Origin: an uncultured Thermoleophilia bacterium
GTDB taxonomy: Bacteria > Actinomycetota > Thermoleophilia > Gaiellales > Gaiellaceae
Assembly (NCBI GenBank): GCA_963828655.1
Contig: CAWHFK010000007.1
Coordinates: forward strand, 3 to 64,002
Length of the DNA: 64,000 nucleotides
Reading direction: 5' to 3'
The translations under genes and the position numbers were made by a program. Below, in pieces: positions 55,393 to 64,000 of this stretch (position 1 is its first letter; every line of letters starts with the position of its first letter). Below the pieces are notes generated by a model. It did no database searches. It saw only the letters and a program-made list of their open reading frames with translations, and was not told where the DNA came from.

Positions 55393-56208
55393 TTAGGAGA
55401 AACGATCGGAGAGAACGTCTCCCTGGCCGACGGTTGCAAAGCCGAGCCGGTCGAGGACCGGTCCGGACATCGCCCCTGCCGACACGGTCAGCGCCGGCGT
55501 GCCGCGCTCGACCGCAGCGTCCCAGCGGGCGCGGACGAGCGCCCGGTACGCACCTCGCCCGCGCCGATCGGCGCGCACCGACCCGCCGACCATGTACGCC
55601 GCATTGGCTCCGAAGATGGCGCCGGCGTTGCCGACGATCTCACCATCGACGTAGGCAGCAAACGTCTTGAAATCCTCATAGCGCTGTTGCCAGTGCCAGT
55701 AGTCGGCCTGACGCTCCTGGAACACCTGCCGGTCCTGCTCCGACATGTGGAACGCGTCATGCGCCACCTCGGCCGCGGCCACGAACTCCTCGAACCTCTC
55801 AACCTGCCGGGCGACCACCCCCTGCTCCGGAGGAGGCGCCGGCTCGGCCGTCAGCGCCATGCTCCGGAACCGCGGTTCAAACCCCTCTCCCTCCCGCTCC
55901 CAGGGCACGAGCCCGAGCCCCTCGAGGAGAGCGGCGAGGCCCGCCGGCTCGGCCGCCTCGCTGACAACCCATGCCGCCCGCTCGAAGCCCTCGGAGCCAA
56001 GGAGCGCCCGTACCTCCGCAACGCGCGAGGCGAGCGTCTCCTCTGCCAGCCGGCGGACGAAGACCATGGCGTACGAGGTGCCTGAGGTGAAGCCGACCTG
56101 GTAGCCGTCGCCCTTCCGAACCTGGAAGGGGTGCCCCGGCGGCGGGTCCGGCAGGTCGAGCTCGGGGAACAGGGCCGCCTCGATCACCGCGGTAGACATC
56201 TCCGTCAT
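55393..56208 (-). CDS. GNAT family N-acetyltransferase
   Basis: C-terminal VRADRRGRGAYRALVRARWDAAVERG...LDRLGF is an acetyl-CoA binding (Q/R-x-x-G-x-G/A) motif. Confidence 0.8.
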   Translation of the reverse strand: MTEMSTAVIEAALFPELDLPDPPPGHPFQVRKGDGYQVGFTSGTSYAMVFVRRLAEETLASRVAEVRALLGSEGFERAAWVVSEAAEPAGLAALLEGLGLVPWEREGEGFEPRFRSMALTAEPAPPPEQGVVARQVERFEEFVAAAEVAHDAFHMSEQDRQVFQERQADYWHWQQRYEDFKTFAAYVDGEIVGNAGAIFGANAAYMVGGSVRADRRGRGAYRALVRARWDAAVERGTPALTVSAGAMSGPVLDRLGFATVGQGDVLSDRFS

Positions 56209-56217
56209 CGGCCGACG

Positions 56218-56754
56218 TTAGCGCGGTGGTCGCGCGCCGGTCAATCCCGTGACAGCGCGGCGGAGCTCGTACACGGTCATCGGCTCCCCGAAGCGACCGC
56301 GGCCCTCGCCGCGCACGACGAATCCGAGCTTCTCGGCAACGCGGCGCGACGGTTCGTTCTCTCCGGCGATGTACGCGGCAATACTGTCGACACCGGGACG
56401 CCGCCAGAGATCACCGATCGCCGCCTCCATCGCCGCCGTGGCGATTCCCTGGTTGCGCCGAGATTCCGTCACCCACCATCCGGCCTCGACCTCGGACGGC
56501 GCGATTCCTTCGATGCCTTCGCCGGCAAAGTGCAGCTCGGCGACGCCGACGAAACGATCGTTCGCATCGCGGATCGCCCACGGACCGAAGCCGTGCGCCT
56601 GCCAGTGGCTCTCTGCCGCCCGGGTGTCCCGCGAGGCATCCGCGGCGGAGCCCGATGCGAGCGCGTGCTCGGCCTCGTGGCGCGGCATCAGCCGGACGAG
56701 GGTCAACGTCCCCCTCGAGAGCACGATCGGCTCAGGCAGCTTCGAACCGTCCAC
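56218..56754 (-). CDS. GNAT family N-acetyltransferase (RimJ/RimL-like)
   Basis: GTG start at VDGSKLPEP. WWVTESRRNQGIATAAMEAAI...NEPSRRVAEKLGFVVRGE. Confidence 0.75.
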   Translation of the reverse strand: MDGSKLPEPIVLSRGTLTLVRLMPRHEAEHALASGSAADASRDTRAAESHWQAHGFGPWAIRDANDRFVGVAELHFAGEGIEGIAPSEVEAGWWVTESRRNQGIATAAMEAAIGDLWRRPGVDSIAAYIAGENEPSRRVAEKLGFVVRGEGRGRFGEPMTVYELRRAVTGLTGARPPR

Positions 56755-56935
56755 GCGGCGGATGGTAGGCCGCTGGAGACCCCTCTCCGGTAGGGGGTTA
56801 GGCCCGCGACTCCCGGCGGGGTAGCCTCCCCGATCTTTTGCCTGGTAGCACCGTAGGAGCCTGGGCGCGTGCCTTCTAGCGTCGGCGTCAGCGGGATCGC
56901 GCGGGTCGATCCCTCGACGGAGATCGGAGGCAATC

Positions 56936-57553
56936 GTGAAACGACTTCTCATTCTCGTTCCTCTGGCCGGTGCGGTCATCTGCGCGTCTGTCGCGCTCGC
57001 AACGCCGGCGACCGGGACGAAGTCGACCATCATGTCGATCGGCACGTTGAACGGCGACGTCGCCTTCAACACCGGTCTACCGGTGACGGCAAAGGGCCTG
57101 ACCTGGGGCACGAAGCACTACGACGCCGACCAACTGCCGGAGTTCCTGCTGGCGCGCCGCGCGGCAGGTGTGACGAGCCTCGGCGATTGGCTCAACCTGC
57201 ATCCGCTGGTGTCGGCGGCGTTCGGCCTCGTGCCGATCGGGGTGCTCCACTCGCCCGAGATCGTGACCCAGACGGTGAACTTCCCGCCGGGCGCGGCGTC
57301 GGGCTGGCACACGCATCCCGGCTTCCTCGTCTCGACGCAGCTGACGGGCACGCTCACCAAGTACGCCACCGACTGCTCATCGCAGACCTATAGCCCAGGG
57401 CAGTCCTGGACGGAGACGGGCGCGAACACGTTCATCGTCAAGAACGAGACGAGTGCGGCTGCGACCGACATCGTCACGTTCATCGTCCCGGGCGGGACGC
57501 CGACGACCGGCCTGCGGATCGACAAGCCACAACCGTCGAGCTGCAGCAAGTGA
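56936..57553 (+). CDS. Secreted cupin domain protein
   Basis: GTG 6 nt after GGAGG, then a signal peptide. Cupin motif PGAASGWHTHPG. Confidence 0.7.
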   Translation: MKRLLILVPLAGAVICASVALATPATGTKSTIMSIGTLNGDVAFNTGLPVTAKGLTWGTKHYDADQLPEFLLARRAAGVTSLGDWLNLHPLVSAAFGLVPIGVLHSPEIVTQTVNFPPGAASGWHTHPGFLVSTQLTGTLTKYATDCSSQTYSPGQSWTETGANTFIVKNETSAAATDIVTFIVPGGTPTTGLRIDKPQPSSCSK

Positions 57554-58371
57554 CAGGGCGCGGTCGCGGCGGCGTTCGGCGGGGCCTTGTGCTCGCCGGC
57601 GTCGCCGCGATCGTCGCGCTGCAGGTTCCTGTCTCGCTCGCCGACGGCGACCCCGCGAGCGACATGCTGCTCGAGCAGAGCGTCTTCTTCCCGTACAACG
57701 CGCCGTCGCAATCTGCGCGGCTCGCGTTGCAACAAGCGGTCGGCCGCGTGTATGCGCACGGGAACCGCATCAAGGTCGCGGTGGTCTACGACCAGACGGA
57801 TCTCGGCTCGATCCCGTCTCTGTTCGGTCATCCCGCCGACTACGCGCACTTCCTGGGAATCGAGCTCGGACACTGGTATGTCGGCCCGCTGCTGGTCGTG
57901 ATGCCCGCCGGATTCGGCATCTACGACGGTGACCGCCCGACCGCGGCCGAAGAAGCGGTCCTGCGCCCGCTACGTGTCGATGCGACGAGCCCCGACGGCC
58001 TCACGCAAAGCGCGGCGACGGCAGTTCACGACCTCGCCGCCGCATCAGCACTCGATTCGACGGACATCAGAGCACCGCTCGTCACGGCGTATCCTGCTTC
58101 GGCGCGTCAGGGCAGACCCGCACGCCTGCGCTTCGACCTCTTCGACGACAGCGGCCGAAGCAGCGCCCGCGTCCGCGTCTACGAAAGCGGCGCACTCGTC
58201 GCAACCCTCGCCACCCAGATGCGGTTTCAGATCGGGACACGCCACGCCGACGTGAGCTGGCACGTGCCCAAGCGGCTACGCAGCCGCCAACTGCGCTTCT
58301 GCGTCGTCGCCTCCGACCCGTCCGGCAATCGAAGTGCCCCCACCTGCGCGCCGTTTCTCCGCGTGACCTAG
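57550..58371 (+). CDS. Secreted hypothetical protein
   Basis: GTGA overlap with the upstream cupin gene and a signal-like N-terminus. No family recognised. Confidence 0.55.
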   Translation: MTGRGRGGVRRGLVLAGVAAIVALQVPVSLADGDPASDMLLEQSVFFPYNAPSQSARLALQQAVGRVYAHGNRIKVAVVYDQTDLGSIPSLFGHPADYAHFLGIELGHWYVGPLLVVMPAGFGIYDGDRPTAAEEAVLRPLRVDATSPDGLTQSAATAVHDLAAASALDSTDIRAPLVTAYPASARQGRPARLRFDLFDDSGRSSARVRVYESGALVATLATQMRFQIGTRHADVSWHVPKRLRSRQLRFCVVASDPSGNRSAPTCAPFLRVT

Positions 58372-58456
58372 CGCAAACGCAGCCGGAGAACATCGCGGCC
58401 CGGGAGGCTGGCTGTACCGTCTGGGCTCCATCCCATCGTGCCCGAGGAGGGAGATC

Positions 58457-58921
58457 GTGAGCGAGCTTCTTGAAGGCGGTTGCTCATGCGGTTCGGTGCG
58501 TTACCGGCTCGGGTCCGATCCGCTCTTCGTTCATTGCTGTCATTGTCTGAACTGCCAACGGCAGACCGGAAGTGCCTTCGTGATCAACATGCTGATCGAG
58601 GCAGACCGGGTGGAGACGCTCGCTGGTGTTCCCCGGCCGGTCGACGTGCCGCGTGACAACGGCAGCGCGCAGCGGATCTTCCGCTGTCCGGATTGCCAGG
58701 TCGCTGTCTTCAGCGAGTACGGACGACCCGAGCTGCGGTACGTGCGCGCGGGAACGCTCGATCGACCGTCAGCGGTCGCGCCTGACGTCCATATCTTCGC
58801 GAAGTCGAAGCTGAGCTGGATCGCAATCCCGGAGTCGGTGCCGGCGTTCGACGTGTACTACGACCTGCAAGCGCTGTGGCCGGCGGCGAGCCTCGCGCGG
58901 CTCGCCGCGATCAGCGCTTGA
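58457..58921 (+). CDS. GFA (glutathione-dependent formaldehyde-activating / CENP-V) family protein
   Basis: GGCSCGSVRY...CHCLNCQRQTGSAF...FRCPDCQ zinc-cysteine pattern. GAGGAGGGAG RBS. Confidence 0.85.
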   Translation: MSELLEGGCSCGSVRYRLGSDPLFVHCCHCLNCQRQTGSAFVINMLIEADRVETLAGVPRPVDVPRDNGSAQRIFRCPDCQVAVFSEYGRPELRYVRAGTLDRPSAVAPDVHIFAKSKLSWIAIPESVPAFDVYYDLQALWPAASLARLAAISA

Positions 58922-58985
58922 GGTTCGCGGGGGTCACGTACCCGGGCGTCGGGGCCCCGACCTGCACCAGCGTTCGCTCGGACTC

Positions 58986-59747
58986 CTAGTTCGGCGCTGG
59001 TCGAGTGAGGAGTGTGTACTCCTCGACGTCGCGGAAGCCGAGGCGGTGGTAGACGCCGTGTCCGATTGCGCTCGATTGAAGGTAACCGAACCTGGCGCCC
59101 TGATCGAAGCCTTCGCGCAGAGCGTATGAGGTGACTGCGGCACCGTAGCCGCGGCCGCGGTGCTGACTGGGAGTCGCAACGTTGAAGATCCCGACGGCTT
59201 CGTCGCCTCCGAGCCCGACGGCGGTCGAGACGATCCGTCCTTCGGCCCGTGCCACATACCAGCGGGCTTCCGCGACGCGCCGCACCGCTTCGGAGAACCT
59301 GGTGAACAGCTCGATCGGCGCCTCGAACGAGGCCGCCAGGACACTGTTGGTCTCGTCGACCTCACCCTGGGCGATCGGTCCGATCTCGATCTCCGCTCGC
59401 GCCTCGACCAATGAGCCGGGTCGCACCACCATCCCTGGTATCCGCTCGGTATGAGTCAGGCCGAGCGCGAGCGCTGCTTGCCGTGTCCGTTCGTGCCCGT
59501 GCCGCGTCTGCAGCCACGGCCACTCGCCGGCGGCCTCAACCTCCGCGAGTGTCTCGGGCAGCGCAGCGGCCGCCGCCTCCGAGTCCTCGCAAACCCAGGC
59601 ACCGTTGACCTGCGGAATCGGGATTCCCGGCAGGAGCGCCACGACCAGGTCCGAGCGCCGCTCGAATCGGGCGCCTTCGAAGGCCGAGAACAGGCGCTCG
59701 AAGGCGTCCTCGAGAGCCCGGTGCATCTCGGCCTGCTCAGTCGCCAC
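58986..59747 (-). CDS. GNAT family N-acetyltransferase
   Basis: IFNVATPSQHRGRGYGAAVTSYAL...YHRLGF. Confidence 0.8.
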   Translation of the reverse strand: MATEQAEMHRALEDAFERLFSAFEGARFERRSDLVVALLPGIPIPQVNGAWVCEDSEAAAAALPETLAEVEAAGEWPWLQTRHGHERTRQAALALGLTHTERIPGMVVRPGSLVEARAEIEIGPIAQGEVDETNSVLAASFEAPIELFTRFSEAVRRVAEARWYVARAEGRIVSTAVGLGGDEAVGIFNVATPSQHRGRGYGAAVTSYALREGFDQGARFGYLQSSAIGHGVYHRLGFRDVEEYTLLTRPAPN

Positions 59748-59871
59748 GCCGCAACCCTACGCCCCAGACTTCGAGCATCAGCGATCGAATGCGGCCGGAC
59801 CGTGCGCGATGATCACCCGCGCGCCCGAACCGTCTGAGCCAAATTGGTGGATGACCGACCGGTGCGCTTCG

Positions 59872-60639
59872 CTAGGTGTAGGGCACGAACTGCACGGACG
59901 AAGCAAGCACGCCGTCCGAGAGCACGTGCACTGCGAACGCCGACACAGCGTCACTGAAGACGATCTTTCCCGCCCCGTGGCCGACCCGTGCCTGCCCGTA
60001 CGTGCTCGGGATCGCCATGACCGCTCGCGATCCGAGGTCGGAGACGATCATCTGGTGGTGATGCCCCGCGACGATTCCGAGGACTTGCGGGTGTCGCGCC
60101 ACGACCTCGGCGAGGGCCGAACGCCCCGGGCCGGGCAGCCCGATCGCGTCCCAGGCCGGGCTCCCCGTCACGATCGGCGGATGGTGCATGGCCAGCAAGG
60201 TGGGCCGCTCCGGCGCCGCCGCCAGCTCTCGGTCGAGCCACTCGATCCGCGGGGAGTCCAGCTCGCCACGATCCTCGCCCGGCCGAGTGCTGTCCACCAG
60301 CACAAGGCGTAGCGCGCCGACGTCCGCGGTTTGCTGGATCGGCGCCTCCGCCGCCCCGGGCAAACCGAAGCACCTGCGCAATGCCGCTCTGTCGTCGTGG
60401 TTTCCGGGCAGGACATGGATCGGCACACCGAGGCCCTGCAGCAACTCCCGCACGAGTTCGTATTCGGCCTGAGCGCCGTTCTCGGCGAGGTCGCCGGAGA
60501 CCAAGATCGCGTCGGGAGCGACGTCGAGACGCCCAACCGCGGCGATCGCGGCCTGGAGGCCGACGATCGGATCGCCCTCAGACCAGGTCGCGCCGATGTG
60601 CGAGTCGGTGAGTTGAACGAGAACGGCCCGTTTGCTCAT
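59872..60639 (-). CDS. Metallophosphoesterase, class III cyclic-nucleotide phosphodiesterase-like (CpdA/Rv0805 type)
   Basis: LTDSHIG, VSGDLAENG, LPGNHDD, MHHPP and AGHHH are the calcineurin-like motifs, in the order seen in CpdA-type PDEs. Confidence 0.8.
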   Translation of the reverse strand: MSKRAVLVQLTDSHIGATWSEGDPIVGLQAAIAAVGRLDVAPDAILVSGDLAENGAQAEYELVRELLQGLGVPIHVLPGNHDDRAALRRCFGLPGAAEAPIQQTADVGALRLVLVDSTRPGEDRGELDSPRIEWLDRELAAAPERPTLLAMHHPPIVTGSPAWDAIGLPGPGRSALAEVVARHPQVLGIVAGHHHQMIVSDLGSRAVMAIPSTYGQARVGHGAGKIVFSDAVSAFAVHVLSDGVLASSVQFVPYT

Positions 60640-60729
60640 CGCGCGAGAGCGTACTCGGCGTGCGATCGACCGAAGATGCCGGGTGACGGTGCGGCGGTAC
60701 CAGGCGCGAGCGCGGCAGGTCGGTTCGCA

Positions 60730-61491
60730 CTAGGAAATCCTGCGGCGGAAGGTGACCATGGCGGAGCTGTACGCGACGATGAGAATGCCGACACACCAGG
60801 CGAGAGCGACCCAGATGTCGGCGCCGACCGGCTGCTGTGCGAACAGGTCGCGGATGGCGTTGACGATCGACGTCACCGGCTGGTGCTCTGCGAAGGCGCG
60901 AACCGGGCCGGGCATCGTGTCGGTGGGCACGAATGCCGAGCTGATGAACGGCAGGAAGATGAGCGGGTAGGAGAACGCGCTCACGCCGTCTGTCGACTTC
61001 GCCGAGAGACCGGGGATGACGGCGATCCACGTCAACATCAGAGTGAACAGGATCAGGATGCCGGCGACCTCGAGCCACGCCAGCAGTCCTGCCCCCGAGC
61101 GGAAGCCCATGAGGAGGGCGACGAGCACGACGGCCGCGAGCGAGATCAGATTGGCGACCACCGAGGTCAGCACGTGCGCCCAGAGGACGGACGAGCGTGC
61201 AATCGGCATCGACTGGAATCTCTCGAAGATGCCGCTCTGCATGTCCGTGAAGAGCCGGAAGGCGGTGTAGGAGATGCCCGAGGCAATCGTGATCAGCAGG
61301 ATGCCGGGAAGCAGGTAGTTCACATACGAGCCCGACCCTGCGTTGATCGCGCCGCCGAACACGTAGACGAACAGCAGCAGGAAGGCGATCGGCATCACGG
61401 TGGTCGTGATGATCGTGTCCATGCTTCGCGTGATGTGGCGCAGCGAACGTCCCAGCAGGACGGCGGTGTCGCCGAAGAAATGGTTGGTCAT
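60730..61491 (-). CDS. ABC-2 type transporter permease
   Basis: 253 aa, 6 TM helices, 4-nt overlap with the upstream ATPase gene. Confidence 0.85.
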   Translation of the reverse strand: MTNHFFGDTAVLLGRSLRHITRSMDTIITTTVMPIAFLLLFVYVFGGAINAGSGSYVNYLLPGILLITIASGISYTAFRLFTDMQSGIFERFQSMPIARSSVLWAHVLTSVVANLISLAAVVLVALLMGFRSGAGLLAWLEVAGILILFTLMLTWIAVIPGLSAKSTDGVSAFSYPLIFLPFISSAFVPTDTMPGPVRAFAEHQPVTSIVNAIRDLFAQQPVGADIWVALAWCVGILIVAYSSAMVTFRRRIS

Positions 61492-62312
61492 CGTTGTTCC
61501 TCACTCGTCCGTGCCGACCCCGCGGCCGTTGCCAGGCCGCCGTCCTTACCGCCGTCACCGACGACGGCAAGGAAGACATCCTCGAGGGTCGGCTGCTTTT
61601 CGATGTATTCGACCTTGGCGGGCGGAAGCAGCTGCTTGAGCTCGCCGAGGTTGCCGTCGACGATGATCCGACCCTCGTGGAGGATCGCGATCTCGTCGGC
61701 GAGGTGCTCGGCCTCGTCCAGATACTGCGTCGTGAGCAGGACCGTCGTGCCGTGCCCGGCGAGCTCCTTGACAGCCTGCCACACCTCGATGCGCCCTTCG
61801 GGGTCGAGCCCGGTCGTCGGCTCGTCGAGGAAGATGACCGGCGGATCCCCGATCAGGCTCATCGCGATGTCGAGGCGGCGGCGCATGCCGCCCGAGTAGG
61901 TCGACACCTTCCGCGCAGCCGCATCCTCCAGCGAGAACCGCTCGAGCAGGTCATCTGCGATCGCGCCCGGATCCTCGAGGTGCCGTAGCCGGGCGACCAG
62001 CACCAGGTTCTCACGCCCGCTGAGGATCTCGTCGACGGCCGCGAACTGCCCCGTGAGGCTGATGGCTTCCCGCACGTTCGCCGGTTGCGTGGCGACGTCG
62101 AAGCCGTTCACGCTTGCAGTCCCCGCGTCGGCGTTGAGCAACGTGGACAGGATTCTCACGACCGTCGTCTTGCCGGCCCCGTTCGAGCCGAGCAAGGCGA
62201 AGATGCTGCCCGGCGCCACGTCGAAGTCCACGCCGCGCAGCACCTCCAGATCCTTGTACGACTTCTCCAGGCCCTGCACGCGGATCGCAGCCGCCGGGGT
62301 CGCCCGGGTCAT
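61488..62312 (-). CDS. ABC transporter ATP-binding protein (DrrA-like)
   Basis: Start at MTRATPAA. GSNGAGKTT, YSGGMRRRLDIA and IFLDEPTTGLD. Confidence 0.9.
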   Translation of the reverse strand: MTRATPAAAIRVQGLEKSYKDLEVLRGVDFDVAPGSIFALLGSNGAGKTTVVRILSTLLNADAGTASVNGFDVATQPANVREAISLTGQFAAVDEILSGRENLVLVARLRHLEDPGAIADDLLERFSLEDAAARKVSTYSGGMRRRLDIAMSLIGDPPVIFLDEPTTGLDPEGRIEVWQAVKELAGHGTTVLLTTQYLDEAEHLADEIAILHEGRIIVDGNLGELKQLLPPAKVEYIEKQPTLEDVFLAVVGDGGKDGGLATAAGSARTSEEQR

Positions 62313-62695
62313 GACCGGGCCTCCCCGGCGTCGTCCTCGGCGCGCTCGATCGCGGTGATCAGCCGTTCCCGCGCCCGGTCGGGGGCATACCCGCCCTTCG
62401 TGTAGTTCTGGGCGAACGTCTCGGCGAACTCCACCGGGTCGTCGCCGACGATCTCGCGAATCGGCGCTCGATCCGCGGCGGCCTGTTCGAACAGATCGAC
62501 AAGATCCTCGAACTCGGACGCCACGCTGTCGCCGTCGGTCGGCACGAAGTGCATCAGGTAGTGCTCGATCGCCTCGACCGCCGTGCGGTAGTTCTCGGGA
62601 AGCTCCTTGACGCGCGCCTTGTACGCGCGCCATCGCCGCTTCGGGCCGATCACCTTCGAGATGAAGCCGCCCTTCTCCGTGTCGGACACGGTCAT
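62309..62695 (-). CDS. DUF1048 domain protein
   Basis: KRRWRAYKARVKELPENYRTAVEAIEHYLM is typical of the DUF1048 proteins that follow PadR regulators. ATGA overlaps on both sides. Confidence 0.75.
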   Translation of the reverse strand: MTVSDTEKGGFISKVIGPKRRWRAYKARVKELPENYRTAVEAIEHYLMHFVPTDGDSVASEFEDLVDLFEQAAADRAPIREIVGDDPVEFAETFAQNYTKGGYAPDRARERLITAIERAEDDAGEARS

Positions 62696-63021
62696 CTACC
62701 TCCTTCATGGAGCTGTTCGAGCCGTTCCGTGAGGAAGCTCCAGGTCCTCCAGAACTCTTCGAGATACCCCCGCCCCTGAGCGTTCAGGGAATACACCTTG
62801 CGGGGCGGCCCCTTCTCCGACGGGACTTTCTCCACGTCCACGAAGCCGCGCTGCTCGATCCTGACGAGCAGCGCGTAGACGGTTCCCTCGGCAATGTCGG
62901 AGAAGCCCTGATCCCGCAGCCATGCCGTGATCTCGTACCCATATGCCGGCCGGCCAGACAGGATCGCGAGGACGATCCCCTCCAGCGTTCCCTTCAGCAT
63001 CTCCGTCACCTGTTTGCCCAC
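62692..63021 (-). CDS. PadR family transcriptional regulator
   Basis: LKGTLEGIVLAILSGRPAYGYEI...GTVYALLVRIEQRGFV...RKVYSLNAQG is the winged-helix PadR signature. Confidence 0.9.
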   Translation of the reverse strand: MGKQVTEMLKGTLEGIVLAILSGRPAYGYEITAWLRDQGFSDIAEGTVYALLVRIEQRGFVDVEKVPSEKGPPRKVYSLNAQGRGYLEEFWRTWSFLTERLEQLHEGGR

Positions 63022-63038
63022 GGCCGACCTCTTTCCAG

Positions 63039-63085
63039 CTACTGAGTGTTACTGACTACTGGTACATAGTAGCACTGAATAGTGG
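63039..63085. promoter_or_regulatory. AT-richer repeat patch between the divergent PadR and GNAT genes (candidate operator/promoters)
   Basis: TACTGA at 63040 and 63050, TACTGG at 63057, plus CACTGAATAGTG. Visibly lower G+C than the flanks. Confidence 0.4.
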
Positions 63086-63124
63086 TCTCGCAAGCTCCAG
63101 AGAGGGATCCCTTATCGTGCCCCG

Positions 63125-63907
63125 GTGCAGACGGATGCCATCGACACGTATGTCGCTGCGTTCCGTGCGCGGTGCGACTTCCGGCGGCGGCCGGGCCGGC
63201 CCGAGCTCGAAGCGCCGGGCGTGCTCGGGCTCCTCGCCGGACGGGATGATCCACTCGCGCGGCTGCTCGTGACGGACGACGGAGCCTACGAGCTGCTCGC
63301 GGCGCTGCTGCCCGAGGTGCGCGCGGGGATGATCGGGGTCGTGCACACGGCGACGCGATGTCTCCGACTCCTTACGAGCGCCTCGGCGTGGACGGCCAAT
63401 ACGGTCACGGCGATGGTCTCACGAGACCTCGGGGACATCCCGGTCGCTCCGCTGCCGAAGGAGCTCACATTGCGGCCCGTGAGACGCCTCGCCGGTGACG
63501 AGGCCGACGGCGTCCCACTCGAGGACGCAGTGGCGGCAGCCATCTCGGCCGATCCTCACATCGAAGACGAGCCGGGCGCGTTCGCCGACTACCTGCGCTC
63601 GCTTCCGCCGACGTTCCGGCTGTTCGCCGCAGTCGAACGCAGCAACGCGGTGCGCGCGACGTCAGGATCGGGCGTCTTCGGCAGCTACGCGAACGTGATC
63701 TTCGTGAACACAGACCACGAGTGGCGGCGCCGCGGCATTGGACGAGCGATGACCGGTGCGGCGCTTCGTGCTGCTCGCGAATCGGGTGCGACTCGAGCGT
63801 GCCTCGACGCAACGGCGGAAGGGAGAGCGATCTACGCGCGGCTCGGCTTCGAGGCCGCCGCCGAGCTCACACGCTTCTTTCGACCCTCCGCCGCCGATCT
63901 CACCTAG
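63125..63907 (+). CDS. GNAT family N-acetyltransferase
   Basis: VNTDHEWRRRGIGRAMTGAALRAARESG...YARLGF. GTG start. Confidence 0.75.
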   Translation: MQTDAIDTYVAAFRARCDFRRRPGRPELEAPGVLGLLAGRDDPLARLLVTDDGAYELLAALLPEVRAGMIGVVHTATRCLRLLTSASAWTANTVTAMVSRDLGDIPVAPLPKELTLRPVRRLAGDEADGVPLEDAVAAAISADPHIEDEPGAFADYLRSLPPTFRLFAAVERSNAVRATSGSGVFGSYANVIFVNTDHEWRRRGIGRAMTGAALRAARESGATRACLDATAEGRAIYARLGFEAAAELTRFFRPSAADLT

Positions 63908-63946
63908 GCCGCAGCGAGCCTCGCCCCGCTCGGTTCATTGGCTCTT

Positions 63947-63974
63947 GGCGAGCGGCGCGCGCCGGCGCCGCTCG
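63947..63974. terminator. GC hairpin downstream of the GNAT gene
   Basis: GGCGAGCGGCGC-GCCG-GCGCCGCTCGCC, a 12-bp perfect stem with a 4-nt loop and no U-tract. Confidence 0.45.
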
Positions 63975-64000
63975 CCGATCTCTGAGCCTCGGAGCCGCCG

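Overview
High-G+C, actinobacterial-style chromosomal segment: frequent GTG/TTG starts, 4-nt start/stop overlaps and many Arg/Pro-rich shadow ORFs antisense to real genes. No rRNA, tRNA or CRISPR array was found. All homology calls are by-eye motif recognition, with no searches run. I support about 60 intact CDS. These include the tail of a group-4-like [NiFe] hydrogenase, two sugar/nucleoside ABC importers, a glycogen-debranching-type enzyme, an MFS exporter, a PadR-DUF1048-ABC efflux operon, an ECF sigma/anti-sigma/beta-propeller module, four GNATs, several cupins and alpha/beta hydrolases, and three toxin-antitoxin-type modules. The main theme is five class III cyclase-homology proteins in 64 kb, plus a CpdA-like phosphodiesterase. 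Three of the five are near-identical-architecture cyclase + NB-ARC (STAND) + TPR paralogs with non-canonical catalytic positions, and two of those three sit next to TA modules. The window is also a decay zone: a truncated IS110, at least eight gene fragments or pseudogenes, and three repeat families that no gene model explains. (1) A 21-nt motif, GGCCTCCTGGCCCGTTGACCG, occurs at 9 intergenic loci, always on the same strand. (2) A ~155-nt element with three hairpins is present twice. (3) A ~110-nt direct repeat brackets one cyclase-STAND gene. The cyclase-STAND loci and these repeat families are the best candidates for undescribed biology, but the function of every one of them is inference.
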